A stretch of DNA of 64,000 nucleotides from Lachnospiraceae bacterium. GTDB taxonomy: Bacteria; Bacillota; Clostridia; Lachnospirales; Lachnospiraceae. The stretch covers positions 6,854-70,853 of the forward strand of contig CAVBSU010000001.1 in assembly GCA_963598245.1 (NCBI GenBank), written 5' to 3'. The position numbers were made by a program, and so were the translations under genes. The stretch's first letter is position 1; each line of letters opens with the position of its first letter. The notes below the pieces were generated by a model. It saw only the letters and a list, made by a program, of their open reading frames with translations, did no database searches and had not been told where the DNA came from. Positions 49,647 through 58,131 of this stretch are shown here, piece after piece.

Positions 49647-49904
49647 CAATCATTTGGCAACCTGCCGTGTATGAGTAAGTAGCGCGATAGCGCGGATTAC
49701 GAATACAGGGCAAGGATTGCGGGAGCACGCCAGTGCGTAGCAATCCGCACTTTTAGAAAGCCAAGCAATCATTTGGCAACCTGCCGTGTATGAGTAAGTA
49801 GCGCGATAGCGCGGATTACGAATACAGGGCAAGGATTGCGGGAGCACGCCAGTGCGTAGCAATCCGCACTTTTAGAAAGCCAAGCAATCATTTGGCAACC
49901 TGCC
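49647..49904 (+). repeat. 119-bp perfect tandem direct repeat, 2 full copies plus 20-nt third copy
   Basis: Copies at 49647-49765 and 49766-49884 are identical by eye. 49885-49904 repeats the first 20 nt, and similarity then decays. Confidence 0.95.
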
Positions 49905-49943
49905 ATGTATAATTGACTGTTTTTTTGTGAAGCCGGGTACATT

Positions 49944-50942
49944 ATGCCAAAACTTATAAGTCTGATAATTTCCGTTTATAACGAAGAAAACGGTCTTGAA
50001 TTCTTTTATGAAACAACTAAAGCAATTCTCGATAAATACATCGCCTCAAATCCGTCCTATGACTATGAGCTGTGCTTTGTAAATGACGGAAGTCTTGATG
50101 CAAGCGGTGCCGTTCTCAGTGAGTTGAAAAAAACAGATACAGCACATGTGTCTGTTATAAGCTTTTCCAGAAACTTCGGTCACGAGGCGGCCATGACTGC
50201 AGGCCTTGACTATGCAAAAGGCGATTATCTTATATTCATGGATGCCGATCTTCAGCATCCTCCCTCTTTGGTTTCCGAAATTATGGTCAAATTCGAGCAG
50301 GGCTTTGAAGTCATTAACATGGTTCGTACTAAAAATGAGGATGCAGGCGGCATTAAAAATCTCACCTCTGAGCTTTTTTACACATTGATAAATAAAATAT
50401 CCGAAACCCGACTTATACCGGGGGCTTCGGATTTCTTTGCCATAAACAGGCAGGCTGCCGAGGTTCTTAAGGCTAACTACCGCGAAAAGGTCAGATTTCT
50501 GAGAGGCTATGTTCAAAATATCGGCTTTAACAGGGCCACACTGGAATACGAGGCCGCCGCAAGATTTGCCGGACACAGCCACTACAGTCTGAAAAAGCTG
50601 TGGAAGTTTTCCATAGATACGATTATCTGTTTTTCAAATATCCCCCTCAAACTGGGAATTTATGCAGGCTTTGTTTCCGGAATGCTCGGGATTTTTCTCA
50701 TCATATACACTCTTATCACAAGAAACGGTGCGCCCGGCGGATATGCCACTATTGTTATTGTGCTGTGCTTCATGTTCGCCGTACTTTTTATGTTGCTCGG
50801 CATATTAGGAAGCTATATAGCGGTGCTTTTCAGGGAAATGCAGGACAGGCCCATATATATCATAAAAAACTATGCCGGGGTTGACTCCGGCGATCAAAAA
50901 AGCCTCATACACAACGCCTTACATAAAGGACCCGAAATATGA
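49944..50942 (+). CDS. family 2 glycosyltransferase (polyprenyl-phosphate sugar transferase, GtrB/ArnC-like)
   Basis: ISVYNEE, NDGSLD and MDADLQHPP motifs, plus two C-terminal TM helices. Confidence 0.85.
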   Translation: MPKLISLIISVYNEENGLEFFYETTKAILDKYIASNPSYDYELCFVNDGSLDASGAVLSELKKTDTAHVSVISFSRNFGHEAAMTAGLDYAKGDYLIFMDADLQHPPSLVSEIMVKFEQGFEVINMVRTKNEDAGGIKNLTSELFYTLINKISETRLIPGASDFFAINRQAAEVLKANYREKVRFLRGYVQNIGFNRATLEYEAAARFAGHSHYSLKKLWKFSIDTIICFSNIPLKLGIYAGFVSGMLGIFLIIYTLITRNGAPGGYATIVIVLCFMFAVLFMLLGILGSYIAVLFREMQDRPIYIIKNYAGVDSGDQKSLIHNALHKGPEI

Positions 50943-51616
50943 AAAGATGCGTGATAATAGGCGGCGCACCCATAGATAATTATGAGAGAGTGCGCGGATA
51001 TATAAAGGATGACGACTATGTGATTTACTGCGACTGCGGTCTTAAGCACAGACTTAAGCTTAATCGCAGAGCAGATCTTGTGGTTGGTGATTTCGACTCC
51101 TACGACAGAGAAAAAATCGGAAGCATAAGCATTGACATGGAAAACAGAAAACTTACGGATGAGAATTCCAGCGAGATCATTGAGCTTTGCCCCGTAAAGG
51201 ATGATACCGACACTTCCCATGCCGTGACTGTGGCTCTGGAGCGCGGCTTTGAGGATTTTCTGCTGCTTGGCATGACGGGCCGCCGCATGGATCATACTTT
51301 GGGCAATATCTATCTCCTCCATCGCCTCGATGAGCTTGAAAAGACCGCTATGATTGCAGATGACTACTCTGAAATAAGCATTATAAACCGCAAGCCTGCT
51401 TATATTGATGACAGTATGCCCTTTTTCTCACTTATAAATATCACGGGAAACGCAAGCGGCATAAGCATTGAAAATGCCAAATATCCGCTTGAAAATGCAG
51501 AGATCCTTCAGACGCAAAATGACCTTGGCATAAGCAATGAGGTGCTTCCCGGAAAAATCGCAAAAATCACAATAAGAAATGGAAAGCTTTTATTAGTAAG
51601 AGATGCCGTAGGCTGA
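50939..51616 (+). CDS. thiN: thiamine diphosphokinase
   Basis: 225 aa with VVGDFDS and KDDTDTSHA motifs. ATGA overlap with the GT2 gene. Confidence 0.85.
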   Translation: MKRCVIIGGAPIDNYERVRGYIKDDDYVIYCDCGLKHRLKLNRRADLVVGDFDSYDREKIGSISIDMENRKLTDENSSEIIELCPVKDDTDTSHAVTVALERGFEDFLLLGMTGRRMDHTLGNIYLLHRLDELEKTAMIADDYSEISIINRKPAYIDDSMPFFSLINITGNASGISIENAKYPLENAEILQTQNDLGISNEVLPGKIAKITIRNGKLLLVRDAVG

Positions 51617-51632
51617 GCCCGCGGCATCTTTT

Positions 51633-53138
51633 TTATTCTTCTATTATTTTTTTTGCATCCTTAAAGAAGCTTGCAATTATCAGTATGATTATGACTGCAA
51701 CCGGGAATGCAGCAATTATGGATACCGTCTGGAGATTATTCATGCTGCTTTCCGAAAAGAGAAGCGCAATCGGAAGCATTATCAGTATTACAGCCCAGAA
51801 AAGCTTCATGCCCGTTCCCGCTTCCTCTCCGTCGCCGATATGCTTATAGGAATATGCGCTTGCAACCAGCGTGATTGAATCAAAGGATGTGGCATAAAAT
51901 GCTATCATTGCCAGTATAAGTATTACAAGTACAATCTTCGGCATCGGAAGCGTGTTTAGTATTGCGATAATCGTGCCGTACAGATCACCGTTTGCGGCGT
52001 ATAGTCCCATTGCATCAAATAAGCCTTTCATTTGAAGTCCAAGAGAGTAATTCCCAAGTATGATAAAGGATGTGAATGTTGAACCCAGCCCGAAAATATA
52101 GGCACCGAGTATAACCTCCTTTACCGTGCGGCCTCTTGATATGCTGCCCATGAAAAACGGCGCTGCCACGCACCATACCATCCAGTAGGCCCAGTAAAAT
52201 ATGGTCCATGTCTGCGGAAAGCCTGATGTTCGTAAGGCATCCGTCCATGTGCTTAAGCCTATGAAATTCTGCACAAGATTTCCGATGGCAGTAAAGCCTG
52301 TTTCTATAATATATCTCTCCTGACCTCCCAGCACGAATACATATATGAGCAATGCAAAAAATACATACATACAGATATGCGCCAGATACTTTACGCCCTT
52401 CATTCCGTTCATAACTGAAAATGTATAAACAAAACATGTAACCAGAAGTATGGTTATAGTCAGCCATTTGGAGTCATTTATTCCCGCAATTTCACAAATA
52501 GCTCTCGAAAGAAGCGGTGTTGCCAGTGAAAATGTTGTCGCTGTTCCTGCAATAAGTGCAAATACAGCTACTATATCTATAAGCTTTCCGGGAAGCCTAT
52601 CTGTCATGCTCCCGAGTATCGGTCTGCACGCTTCGGAATATTTCTGTTTATTGCAGCCTCTTACATGCAGCATAAAGCCGAAGCTGGCAGCAAGAGTGGC
52701 ATAAAAGCTCCACGGTATGGGACCCCAGTGAAAAATGGGAATGGTTGATGCCCAGTCCTGAACGCTTCCAAGCTCGGAAATGTGCGGTTCATTCGCATAG
52801 AGTATCCATTCACAGAGCGAATAAAAGAGAATGTCTGCGGCAAGCCCCGAGGTAAACATCATCGAGCCCCAGGAAAAAAAGCTGTATTGCGGCTTTTCTC
52901 CCTTTTTGCCAAGAGTTATGCTGCCATATTTTGAAAATGCCATATATAGCGATGTAAGAAACACTCCCAGCCCTATAATAAGATAATAAACTCCCAGGTC
53001 ATCGCCCAGAAACGCCCTTATCCTTCCAAGTGCAGCTGTCGAGCCTTCCGGCTTAATTACAAAGAAAATACAGCATATAAATATTATTATAAACGGGATA
53101 AGTGTTGTTGACGGGTCAATATTTCTTTTCTTATTCAT
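51633..53138 (-). CDS. BCCT family (betaine/carnitine/choline) transporter
   Basis: 501 aa with 12 TM segments and a Trp-rich block WTIFYWAYWMVWCVAAPFFMGSISRGRT. Confidence 0.85.
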   Translation of the reverse strand: MNKKRNIDPSTTLIPFIIIFICCIFFVIKPEGSTAALGRIRAFLGDDLGVYYLIIGLGVFLTSLYMAFSKYGSITLGKKGEKPQYSFFSWGSMMFTSGLAADILFYSLCEWILYANEPHISELGSVQDWASTIPIFHWGPIPWSFYATLAASFGFMLHVRGCNKQKYSEACRPILGSMTDRLPGKLIDIVAVFALIAGTATTFSLATPLLSRAICEIAGINDSKWLTITILLVTCFVYTFSVMNGMKGVKYLAHICMYVFFALLIYVFVLGGQERYIIETGFTAIGNLVQNFIGLSTWTDALRTSGFPQTWTIFYWAYWMVWCVAAPFFMGSISRGRTVKEVILGAYIFGLGSTFTSFIILGNYSLGLQMKGLFDAMGLYAANGDLYGTIIAILNTLPMPKIVLVILILAMIAFYATSFDSITLVASAYSYKHIGDGEEAGTGMKLFWAVILIMLPIALLFSESSMNNLQTVSIIAAFPVAVIIILIIASFFKDAKKIIEE

Positions 53139-53387
53139 ATGATTTTCCTTATTATATCTTGCGAGTCAGTCTGTAGATTTCACTGCAAGACCGTTCTTTT
53201 TGTTCATTTTTTATTATTTATAACGAATTTTGAACATGATACACTTGTATTCAATATTTGTCAATGTTTTTCAGTTTCCTAAGTGTTATAAATTATTTGC
53301 TAATAATATGTTTTTGGATATAATGAATGATGTCCGGACAAACCAGACATTGCCCGCAGTATTATTCATTCGGAAAGGAATAATTTT

Positions 53388-53801
53388 ATGAAAAAATTTA
53401 TAGAAGAATTTAAGGCCTTTGCTCTCAGGGGCAATGTTATGGATATGGCAGTCGGCGTCATTATCGGCGGTGCATTTTCCGGTATCGTCACTTCACTTAC
53501 CGATAATTTTATCACACCGATTTTAAACCTTATCATGGGCTCGGAGATTTACAGCTTTGAACAGGTAAAGGGCTTTGCCGCCGGCTTTTTTTCGTCTGTC
53601 ATAAATTTCCTCATCATGGCATTTGTACTTTTCTGCCTTTTAAAGGGGATAAATTCACTTATGACCATCGGCCGTAAACATGACGAAAAGCCTGCACCAA
53701 CTACAAAAAAGTGCCCCTTTTGCAAAAGTGAGATTGATATAGAGGCTACACGCTGCCCGCACTGTACCTCGCAGATTCCGGAAGAAAAAGAAAACAGTTA
53801 A
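53388..53801 (+). CDS. mscL: large-conductance mechanosensitive channel with C-terminal zinc-ribbon tail
   Basis: FKAFALRGNVMDMAVGVIIGGAF is the MscL signature. The tail reads KKCPFCKSEIDIEATRCPHCTSQI. Confidence 0.9.
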   Translation: MKKFIEEFKAFALRGNVMDMAVGVIIGGAFSGIVTSLTDNFITPILNLIMGSEIYSFEQVKGFAAGFFSSVINFLIMAFVLFCLLKGINSLMTIGRKHDEKPAPTTKKCPFCKSEIDIEATRCPHCTSQIPEEKENS

Positions 53802-53813
53802 AGGAGAACCAGG

Positions 53814-54974
53814 ATGGGACTTTCCAGTTATACATTTAATTTGCCTACAAAAATCCGATACGGCAAGGATATTACATCGGAAGTGGGCGAAGAGGCAAAG
53901 CTCCTCGGAGCTTCAAAAATTCTCATAGTTGCCGGTAAGAATGTTATCGCCGCCGGCGTTACAAAGCCTGTGGAGGAAAGCTTAAGGGCAGCCGGTATTC
54001 CTTTCTTCTACCACGACAATCTTAGCCCAAATCCCAGAATCAGTCAGGCAGAAGAAGGATATGAAGCTGCAAAGAAAGAAGGCGTTGACTGTATTGTTGC
54101 TGTGGGCGGCGGTACAGCTATGGACTGTGCAAAGACTATCGGAGTTTTGCTCACGCATGGAGGAAAGGTTGAAGACTGGGTGGGCGTAGGCAGGCTCAGG
54201 AAAAGAATTACTCCGCTTATCTGCATCCCCACAACTGCCGGAACAGGAAGCGAGGTTACACCTGATGCAGTTATCACGGATACTGAAATTCATTTTAAAT
54301 ATGATATTTTCGACCCGAATATAGCACCGTGGGTAGCGATGGTGGACCCCACAACAATTTATGGCGCCCCTGAGAAGGTACTTGCTTCTACCGGCATTGA
54401 CGCACTTACACATGCCATAGAGGCATATACCTGCAGGCAGGCTTCTGCTCATACAGATGCGTTTGCACTTTATGCCATAGAGGTTATTTCAAAGAATATC
54501 CGAAAGGCCGTCCTTGAAAGGGATCATGATGCCTTAGATCAGATGATGATAGGAAGCACAACGGCGGGTATCGCATTCGGATACTCCGATGTCGCCGCAG
54601 ACCACTGCCTGGCTCAGGCTCTCGGCGGCTTTTATGATGTGGCGCACGGCGTGGCGTGCGCAGTATTTCTTCCGTGTTCAATCAAATTCAATATTCCTGC
54701 CTGTGCCGAAAGATATGCTGACATTGCCAGACATATGGGATTGGATACCAGAGGAAAGACCTCTCCTGAGGCCTCTGACATGGTGGTTGAAGAAATTCGC
54801 CGTCTTTGTGCTGATCTTAATATGCCTAAGCTTAAGGACATTGAAAATGTAAAACCTGAGGATTTTGAAGCACTTGCACAGGCATCCTATGACTGCGTAT
54901 CTACTCCGAGTAATCCGCGTGACATATCGGTAAATGATTTCCTTGAGTTACTTAAGGAGGCTTACAGCGAATAA
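53814..54974 (+). CDS. iron-containing alcohol dehydrogenase
   Basis: 386 aa with GGGTAMDCAK and a His cluster (DALTHAIE, AHG). Confidence 0.88.
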   Translation: MGLSSYTFNLPTKIRYGKDITSEVGEEAKLLGASKILIVAGKNVIAAGVTKPVEESLRAAGIPFFYHDNLSPNPRISQAEEGYEAAKKEGVDCIVAVGGGTAMDCAKTIGVLLTHGGKVEDWVGVGRLRKRITPLICIPTTAGTGSEVTPDAVITDTEIHFKYDIFDPNIAPWVAMVDPTTIYGAPEKVLASTGIDALTHAIEAYTCRQASAHTDAFALYAIEVISKNIRKAVLERDHDALDQMMIGSTTAGIAFGYSDVAADHCLAQALGGFYDVAHGVACAVFLPCSIKFNIPACAERYADIARHMGLDTRGKTSPEASDMVVEEIRRLCADLNMPKLKDIENVKPEDFEALAQASYDCVSTPSNPRDISVNDFLELLKEAYSE

Positions 54975-55019
54975 AAACCGGACTTTCAAAGCCCTGCCTG
55001 TATGCCATATGGCGCACAT

Positions 55020-55991
55020 TTATATTGCTACGCCTATAAGCTTCTTTCCGGCATTTTTAATCATCGCCAGCTCCTCCAGCACATCGGCACGCTTTGATGA
55101 TTTTAGCTTTTCAGCAAGAACTACCGCATCAGAAGCGGAAAGAAGTATTGCAGTGTCGGCGTTATGATTAAGTCCTTCGGCAAATTTGATATTTTCAACT
55201 CCTGTTGTGATTTTTACGGCATCTGCAATAGCCTTAAGCTCTGCCTCGGAAAGTCCTCCTGTCACAAGCACTGTTTTTATATCATCAGAGAAAAAGTTCC
55301 TTGCATTGGCCGCAACAAACTCTATCTTTTCAGAAGATCCAAGCATGTTCACACCCGGAATGCATGATATTTCAGAAACGGTCTTAATCTTTCCGTCAAA
55401 AAGATATATCATGCCCCATACTGCACATCCAATGAAGCCTCCAAGAATAAATCCTATAAGTATATATTTGTAAGAAATACTGTTTTTAATTGCAGCCATA
55501 TTTTCGGCTGCATAGCTCTCGAAATTTTCAGGTGCCTTCGGTCTGTCCATTTTTACAAGTGTGTCTGCAAGATTTTTGAAATTTGAGACAGCATTCTGAA
55601 GACTTGATATTGTTATCAGGCTGTTAAGTCTTGCAATGTCATCAGAAGCATCAATCTCCTCAAACTTTTCAAGCTCTGCTTCAAGCATATCCACTGTGTC
55701 CTGATACTGCTCGAGCATACCTTCTCTTAGCCCGTAAAGCTTCAGGTCGCTTTCATACTGCAGCTTAAGCAGCCTGTAGTCTTCTTCAAGCTCTGCCTCT
55801 GCCTGAGCGTCTGTTTTAATTTCTTCAGGCATTCCCGAAGAGGCTTTATACATGGAAAGCCCTGCTCCCAAAACCATAAAGATAACAGCGCAGAGAATAA
55901 TACTCTTCCAGTGCCTTAAAAGTTCTTTCATAAGATCAATGAGATCTATCTCCTGCTCATCGTCATTGTAGGCATTATATACGCTGTTCAT
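55020..55991 (-). CDS. Wzz-like chain-length determinant with C-terminal P-loop-less kinase-like domain
   Basis: Wzz N-terminal block EIDLIDLMKELLRHWKSII plus a TM helix, a coiled-coil periplasmic part and a second TM helix. The C-terminal ~110 aa resemble a BY-kinase fold, but no GxxxxGK(S/T) is present. Confidence 0.6.
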   Translation of the reverse strand: MNSVYNAYNDDEQEIDLIDLMKELLRHWKSIILCAVIFMVLGAGLSMYKASSGMPEEIKTDAQAEAELEEDYRLLKLQYESDLKLYGLREGMLEQYQDTVDMLEAELEKFEEIDASDDIARLNSLITISSLQNAVSNFKNLADTLVKMDRPKAPENFESYAAENMAAIKNSISYKYILIGFILGGFIGCAVWGMIYLFDGKIKTVSEISCIPGVNMLGSSEKIEFVAANARNFFSDDIKTVLVTGGLSEAELKAIADAVKITTGVENIKFAEGLNHNADTAILLSASDAVVLAEKLKSSKRADVLEELAMIKNAGKKLIGVAI

Positions 55992-56096
55992 TTATAACTC
56001 CTCCTGTTTTTCTCCTGTCTTTACAGCACTTTTTTAATGCTGTTTTTCGTTCCTGCTTTTGTAAAAATCCGGTCAGGTACGGAAGCTTGTCCCGCA

Positions 56097-57638
56097 CTAT
56101 CTGGAGCCCTTTCCCAAAAATACTACCTTTACGGTCTTTAAAAGTATTCCTATATCCTTGGACAGTCTCCAGTTATCTATGTATTCCATATCAAGCCGCA
56201 CTACATCATCGAAATCAGTAATATCACTGCGGCCGCTGACCTGCCACATGCCGGTAAGCCCCGGTGTCATGCTGAGACGGCATTTGTGTTTGGCTTCATA
56301 CTGCCTGTATTCATCCACTGTCGGCGGTCTGGTTCCGACCAGGCTCATATCCCCCTTTAAGATATTGATAAACTGCGGCAGCTCATCAATGCTGGTTTTT
56401 CTTATGAATTTTCCGACTCTGGTAACACGGGGATCGTCTGCCATTTTGAACATCAGCCCCTTCATGCTATTTTTAGCCATCAGCGCCGTTTTCTGCTGCT
56501 CCGCATCCTGAAACATTGACCTGAATTTATAAAGCGTAAAAATGCGGCCGTTTTTTCCTACGCGCTCCTGACAAAAGAGTGCCGGACCGGGCGATTCCAG
56601 CTTTATAAGCGGCACCAGCACTATCGACACCAGTCCCAGAACAATGCAGCCTGCAAGTGAACCGCATATATCCAGAAGGCGCTTTGCAAGAAGCTGCCTT
56701 TCCGAAAGTACATTTCTGTCAATGGTTACAACCGCATATTTGCCGACGCGACCGATATTTTTACGGCCTCGAACATTCAAGTCGAATATGTCAATGTTTA
56801 CATTGACCGTGATTCCCATCTCCTCAAGTGCCTGCATCCACGGAATAATCATGTCTATATGCCTTCGTTCTTCATCCATGATGAGAACCTCGTCTATTTC
56901 ATGATGTACGGCATAATCCATAAAGCTTTCGCTGTCTGCAACCACTCTGATGCCGTCCGGAAGCCCGGATGTGATTTCCTCACATATTTTTTTTTCGGCT
57001 ATGCGGGCATCCGAGTTCGGGTGTTTTTTCTGAAGAGCTTTGTCAGAGCTATCGCCCTCTTCCGTGCTTTTGTCAAGGAGTGCAACCCCGACTATGGTTC
57101 TGTACCATTCGTTATATGAAAGAATACTGTTTACAACTGAAATTGCACGGGAGCATGGCACAAGCAGTAAAAGTCTGCTTGCAGAGCGGCTTTTTCCGAC
57201 AACCTTTTCCATGAATGTCTTGAGTGCCAGATGTCCCAGAAATTCGAGTATACAGTTCAGTATTACATAATAAACAAAAACCAGTCTTGAAAGGCTTGTG
57301 GAATCATGAATAACATAAAGCCAGAGCGCCATGCAGAGCACGAAAATAAACTGCTCTTTAATGACTGCCATAAGCTCATCAATTTTTCCGCGCCTGTAGA
57401 AATGGTGATTAAAGTCATAACAGAGATTTTCCAGAAGGCTTATGAATATCATCTGAATAAGAAATCTGATATTTGAGATGCCTGTGACACTTCCGAAGAT
57501 CATGCCGTATCTCAAGTGCGTGGCTAATGCCATGCTTATGCTCATGCAGACAATATTTACAAGCATTATGCTGATAAAATCATAAATTTTCACATGTCTG
57601 TCGACCATCTCAAAATCCCTAACATATAATCCATACAT
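56097..57638 (-). CDS. exopolysaccharide polyprenyl glycosylphosphotransferase (WbaP/EpsE-type sugar transferase)
   Basis: N-terminal TM bundle and a C-terminal bacterial sugar transferase domain (ERVGKNGRIFTLYKFRSM, DELPQFINILKGDMSLVGTRPP). Confidence 0.85.
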   Translation of the reverse strand: MYGLYVRDFEMVDRHVKIYDFISIMLVNIVCMSISMALATHLRYGMIFGSVTGISNIRFLIQMIFISLLENLCYDFNHHFYRRGKIDELMAVIKEQFIFVLCMALWLYVIHDSTSLSRLVFVYYVILNCILEFLGHLALKTFMEKVVGKSRSASRLLLLVPCSRAISVVNSILSYNEWYRTIVGVALLDKSTEEGDSSDKALQKKHPNSDARIAEKKICEEITSGLPDGIRVVADSESFMDYAVHHEIDEVLIMDEERRHIDMIIPWMQALEEMGITVNVNIDIFDLNVRGRKNIGRVGKYAVVTIDRNVLSERQLLAKRLLDICGSLAGCIVLGLVSIVLVPLIKLESPGPALFCQERVGKNGRIFTLYKFRSMFQDAEQQKTALMAKNSMKGLMFKMADDPRVTRVGKFIRKTSIDELPQFINILKGDMSLVGTRPPTVDEYRQYEAKHKCRLSMTPGLTGMWQVSGRSDITDFDDVVRLDMEYIDNWRLSKDIGILLKTVKVVFLGKGSR

Positions 57639-57797
57639 TCAGGCGCACAGCCCGCTCAGCCATTATGATATCAAATTTATGTCCATAACCCAACTGTTTA
57701 AATCCTACATTTTCTTTAAGTTGCCGATTTGCTTCATTTTAGCCGCATTTTGTAACACAGACTTTGTTTTTTACAATTAACTCCGCGCATTTTTCGC

Positions 57798-57827
57798 TTG
57801 ACAGATGCCTGCTTTATCAAGTATAAT
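57798..57827 (+). promoter_or_regulatory. tRNA operon promoter
   Basis: TTGACA (57798-57803), 18-nt spacer, TATAAT (57822-57827), located 22 nt before tRNA-Asn. Confidence 0.6.
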
Positions 57828-57849
57828 TTCAACGCTGTCGAAAGACTAC

Positions 57850-57923
57850 GCCTCAATAGCTCAGTTGGTTAGAGCATCTGACTGTTAATCAGGGGGTCCC
57901 AGGTTCAAGTCCTGGTTGGGGCG
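57850..57923 (+). tRNA. tRNA-Asn (anticodon GUU)
   Basis: Hand-folded cloverleaf: acceptor GCCTCAA/TTGGGGC, D-arm GCTC-AGTTGGTT-AGAGC, anticodon loop CTGTTAA, T-arm CCAGG-TTCAAGT-CCTGG. Confidence 0.9.
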
Positions 57924-57944
57924 CTTTTTCATACTCAAAATACG

Positions 57945-58016
57945 GCGCCATGGTCAAGCGGTTAAGACACCACCCTTTCACGGTGGTAACACGAGTTCGA
58001 TTCTCGTTGGCGTCAT
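57945..58016 (+). tRNA. tRNA-Glu (anticodon UUC)
   Basis: Acceptor GGCGCCA/TGGCGTC, anticodon stem-loop CCACC-CTTTCAC-GGTGG, T-arm ACGAG-TTCGATT-CTCGT. Confidence 0.9.
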
Positions 58017-58018
58017 TA

Positions 58019-58056
58019 AGTCCTGAAAGCCTTATCGGTTTTTGGGACTTTTTTTG
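58019..58056 (+). terminator. possible tRNA operon terminator
   Basis: AAGTCC...GGACTT followed by TTTTTT. The loop is large, so the call is weak. Confidence 0.45.
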
Positions 58057-58060
58057 TTCA

Positions 58061-58095
58061 GAAAAAGCTCCCGATAAAGATACCTCGGGAGCTTC
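58061..58095 (-). terminator. intrinsic terminator of the BMP lipoprotein gene
   Basis: AAGCTCCCGA-N10-TCGGGAGCTT perfect 10-bp stem with a U-run for the minus-strand transcript. Confidence 0.7.
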
Positions 58096-58131
58096 TGTAA
58101 ACACTATGGAGTTTAGATTTACTTTTACTAA

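Noticed and set aside
49700-49770. Canonical c-di-GMP-I (GEMM-I) riboswitch or hammerhead ribozyme in each repeat unit
   Set aside because: Only fragments match (ACAGGGCAA ... AAAGCC). The highly conserved GACGCAAAGC block and the GNRA tetraloop/receptor pair are absent. The hammerhead core CUGAUGA...GAAA is not present either. The idea is kept only as something for cmsearch to exclude.
49647-49904. CRISPR array, or a protein-coding repeat
   Set aside because: The units are 119 bp, directly abutting, with no unique spacers and no cas genes nearby. The 70-aa (49650-49862) and 102-aa (49341-49649) minus-strand ORFs are by-products of the repeat and of antisense sequence, with no RBS or recognisable protein features.
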